The notes under the pieces were generated by a model, which was given only the letters and a program-made list of their open reading frames with translations, was not told where the DNA came from and did not search any database. 64,000 nucleotides of DNA. It comes from Lytechinus pictus. Its lineage: Eukaryota. The translations under genes were made by a program, and so were the position numbers. This document shows positions 63,746 through 64,000 of the stretch, one piece after another; position 1 is the stretch's first letter, and each line of letters opens with the position of its first letter. The stretch covers positions 7,442,001 to 7,506,000 of the forward strand of contig NC_087245.1 in assembly GCF_037042905.1 (NCBI RefSeq), read 5' to 3'.

Positions 63746-64000
63746 GTATTCACTTTAATTTGTTACAGACAAGTTCTTCACTGTGTAACATGAACCTTAA
63801 TTAATGATCATATGGCTGATTTATTATGATCGGTGGCATTGATCATTATGCACAGTCAATTGTACATGTACATAAAAAATATGGTCAATCAGACTCAGTA
63901 AGTTTTGTGTTAAGGGCCACTTGGCATATTGTCATTTTAAACAAATGCAAACATAAAACTACAAAAAGCTGTACACCTTGTTATAAGGAATGCCTATAGA

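Overview
AT-rich, intron-rich animal genomic DNA. The repeat families look echinoderm (sea-urchin)-like, which is an inference. One large + strand gene dominates the window: a cytosolic carboxypeptidase of the CCP2/CCP3 (AGBL2/AGBL3, Nna1-like, M14D) tubulin-deglutamylase group. I traced about 20 GT-AG coding exons by hand. One path (23609 to 58390, skipping the 45082 exon and the microexons) is an uninterrupted 3579-nt frame of about 1190 aa with all zinc and catalytic motifs intact, and further in-frame exons continue past 61 kb. Main points of interest: (1) the conserved pre-catalytic GPxWP..H..P..EP motif occurs twice, in two exons 16 kb apart that end at the same phase-1 donor; (2) phase-1 cassette and micro-exons lie upstream of the catalytic core and phase-0 ones downstream, with alternative start and last exons; (3) a 528-nt AG-free, YCAY-rich intron segment precedes a 69-nt exon, the signature of a distant branch point; (4) a 2.3-kb inverted duplication with near-identical outer arms sits at the putative promoter. 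The introns hold many non-autonomous and often nested TEs: Helentron/HINE-like, Kolobok-like, P-like, AcademH-like, Harbinger-like, Tc1/mariner-like, tRNA-SINEs and a decayed L1/Tx1 LINE. All exon and TE calls come from reading the sequence by eye, without expression data or database searches.
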